A stretch of DNA of 63,970 nucleotides, counting the filler, from Octopus bimaculoides (taxonomy: Eukaryota): assembly GCF_001194135.2 (NCBI RefSeq). It is 7 parts of 7 records of this genome, joined end to end, with 100 filler letters (N's around TTAATTAATTAA, not from the genome) between each part and the next. Parts side by side here need not be neighbours in the genome. Positions count along the whole stretch, not along the records: positions 55,964 to 62,572 come from NC_068984.1; positions 62,673 to 63,970 come from NW_026304278.1; 5 more parts are not named here. The stretch is one strand, 5' to 3'. Below are positions 61,183 through 63,970 of this stretch, piece after piece. The translations under genes and the position numbers were made by a program. The notes below the pieces were generated by a model that did not search any database, was not told the DNA's origin, and saw only the letters and a program-made list of their open reading frames with translations. Each line of letters opens with the position of its first letter. Within the stretch, counting starts at the first letter, position 1.

Positions 61183-61874
61183 NNNNNNNNNNNNNNNNNN
61201 NNNNNNNNNNNNNNNNNNNNNNNNNNNNNNNNNNNNNNNNNNNNNNNNNNNNNNNNNNNNNNNNNNNNNNNNNNNNNNNNNNNNNNNNNNNNNNNNNNNN
61301 NNNNNNNNNNNNNNNNNNNNNNNNNNNNNNNNNNNNNNNNNNNNNNNNNNNNNNNNNNNNNNNNNNNNNNNNNNNNNNNNNNNNNNNNNNNNNNNNNNNN
61401 NNNNNNNNNNNNNNNNNNNNNNNNNNNNNNNNNNNNNNNNNNNNNNNNNNNNNNNNNNNNNNNNNNNNNNNNNNNNNNNNNNNNNNNNNNNNNNNNNNNN
61501 NNNNNNNNNNNNNNNNNNNNNNNNNNNNNNNNNNNNNNNNNNNNNNNNNNNNNNNNNNNNNNNNNNNNNNNNNNNNNNNNNNNNNNNNNNNNNNNNNNNN
61601 NNNNNNNNNNNNNNNNNNNNNNNNNNNNNNNNNNNNNNNNNNNNNNNNNNNNNNNNNNNNNNNNNNNNNNNNNNNNNNNNNNNNNNNNNNNNNNNNNNNN
61701 NNNNNNNNNNNNNNNNNNNNNNNNNNNNNNNNNNNNNNNNNNNNNNNNNNNNNNNNNNNNNNNNNNNNNNNNNNNNNNNNNNNNNNNNNNNNNNNNNNNN
61801 NNNNNNNNNNNNNNNNNNNNNNNNNNNNNNNNNNNNNNNNNNATATATATATATATATAACGTAAGTCTCAGTG

Positions 61875-62012
61875 GAACTCCGCATCGCAGAATATTATAA
61901 TTTGATTTGCCGTTTTTTTCTCTACATTAAGTACCAGCTGTGTACTGGTGTCGAACTAATCGACCGCCCCACTTCCACCAAAATTTCGGGCCTTGTGCCT
62001 AGAGTAGAAAAG
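61875..62012 (+). mobile_element. Degenerate SINE A 3' half
   Basis: Contains aagtaccagctgtgtactggtgtcgaactaatcgac..ttcgggccttgtgcctagagtagaaaag. Confidence 0.75.
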
Positions 62013-63239
62013 AATATATACGTGTGTCATTATATGCATGTATATGTGGGGGTGTGCACGCGTGTCTGCATGATTACGCAGGCACCAACAAACACACACG
62101 TACGCATACATATACACGCAAAACACACGCACTTTAACACATTCACACACAGTCTCATATATATATGTGTGTATACACACATATATCTGTATGTATGTAT
62201 ATATGTATGTATTAGAGAGAGATATCGGATACACACAGACACACACATAAATATATATACATAAATATTGTGTATATGCGCGCGCATACGTGTCCATAAA
62301 TAACATATTTGGAGCAAAAAATCTGTTGATCAGGATATTCGTAAACAATATAAAGAAAATTCGAATAAGATAAATGAAAACAAGAGAAATAAATATTAGA
62401 AAAATTCTGCTGGGAATGGTAACATGAATTCTTCGAAGAGTTCTTCAACGTAGTGATGTCCCAACTGGGCCATTTCCTAAAGCATATTTTACATAATTTA
62501 CATACGTCGGATAAAATCAACTGAAAATTCTTAAAATAACATTGATATAACAGCAGGGATCATATTATTCTGNNNNNNNNNNNNNNNNNNNNNNNNNNNN
62601 NNNNNNNNNNNNNNNNTTAATTAATTAANNNNNNNNNNNNNNNNNNNNNNNNNNNNNNNNNNNNNNNNNNNNGAAATAATTAAATACTGCAGTGATTTTA
62701 AAATCGCTGTCAGGTTTCGATTCTCGATTGAGAATACTAGTACACAGCCAAACGGCAATGGTTCTTTAAAATACCTTATAAAGGTCACAATACTCCAGTT
62801 TGCTTACTTGTTTAGTTAAAAGGTAAAAATTAGTCAAAATAATTGTTGAATGATGAAAAACGATAGGTACGTTATAAGTCCTAAGTAATTAAGTAAAATG
62901 GTGATGCAATGAACGCCGAAGACAAAAAGTTCTTTAAGAATTGAAATTTCCATTTTAGCTGGAGAATGAGAACAGAATCATAATGGCGACTGTTGGGGCG
63001 CTCCGAGACAGAGGAAGATAATTTCAAGAAATTCAGAATTAGTTTCTGTAGTTATTAATTTACATTCTTATGGGAAAGACAGTATGATCTCTGCTCTGAA
63101 GGGACAATTATGGTTATTTTTCAGTCCATCTGGTCTCATTAACAAGCACAATGATCTACATACTCAGTAGATCAGTGGATAGATTTTCACGTATAGAAAA
63201 AGAGTTATGAATATGTTTGTCCTGTTACATAATTAAAAA

Positions 63240-63970
63240 CATATTTATGTATTCTCTCTTCATTTTGTCTTGTTGATGTTGATCTTGTCGTTGTTGTTGC
63301 TGTTCTTATTTTTCTTAATATTTTTCTTGTACTTGTTCTTCTTTTCCTCCTCCTTCTCCTCCACTTCCTCTTCTTTCTCCATCTCTATGCCTAATTTCAT
63401 GTTGGACATTCACTTCTCATTTGAAACTTCGCTTCCATTCTCATTTGAATTTTACTTCCTCAACGAAGAACCAAAGTTATTGACAATCACAACGTCCACT
63501 TTCTCTCCGCTATAAATACAAAGTTTATTGCAAGAAAAAAAAAAAAACATTATAATTATATCTTTCTTCATCCATTTTCTTCATAACATTCTTTCCTTTA
63601 TAATTTTCTTACGTTCTTTTTCTTAAATTCTTACGCTTTTCTCTACCATCATCCTTCATTCTATTTTAAACATAATTTTGTCTTTCATTTTTTAAATTTC
63701 TCCCTTTTATTTCTTTAATTCAAATTCATGCATTATTTCATTTTGTTCATTTCATATCTTGAATTATAAATTCCTTCTCTTCTTTCTCTTCAAATTATTT
63801 TACTCGTAATTTCTTTATAACAAGTTCCGAGGAACATTAACTTTCTTTCTCTTATTTTCTAATTATTTTTCTCTTCCAATTTGTCGTACATTGGTTCATA
63901 GAATAATTCATTCATAGGATTATAATTTCCTTTTTTTTTTTATTTTCTTTCCCTTTCAATTGTATATAAT
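63240..63970. repeat. Strongly pyrimidine (T/C)-skewed low-complexity tract
   Basis: Directly visible; includes (TTG)n and (TTC/TCC)n sub-tracts. Confidence 0.85.

Noticed and set aside
7550-62520. Many ORFs made of YI, CV, HT, MYVC, poly-L/S or X runs
   Set aside because: They are translations of microsatellites or N gaps.
16802-62628. TTAATTAATTAA recurring six times, resembling a conserved motif or array repeat
   Set aside because: It is always centred in about 100-bp N gaps. It is an artificial six-frame-stop scaffold spacer.

Overview
This is AT-rich, gapped, microsatellite-dense eukaryotic genomic DNA, not prokaryotic. The SINE families and repeat landscape resemble what I recall of Octopus (cephalopod) DNA; that assignment is inference. 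I could not confidently identify an intact protein-coding gene, tRNA, rRNA or CRISPR array. Almost all long ORFs in the six-frame track are microsatellite or N-gap artefacts, or antisense readings of transposons. The window is a transposon graveyard. It holds several Penelope-like (RT + GIY-YIG) fragments, RTE, CR1-group and Tx1/L1-like LINEs, R4/Dong-like LINEs with a restriction-like endonuclease (RLE), a Ty3/Gypsy integrase remnant, mariner and hAT transposase fossils, Tc1/mariner, hAT and piggyBac MITEs, a Helentron-type element, and more than 20 tRNA-derived SINE copies in three families (working names A, B, C). The most interesting structure is at 23.8-26.4 kb: four diverged, same-strand 3' ends of an RLE LINE, the first three alternating with (ACAT)n tracts and two sharing a 5' breakpoint. 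This suggests an (ACAT)n-microsatellite-targeting or microsatellite-generating retrotransposon. A few + strand exon candidates (best: 34871-34960) hint at a large-intron host gene but are unproven. All alignments were done by eye; boundaries are approximate unless a TIR, TSD or splice site is quoted.
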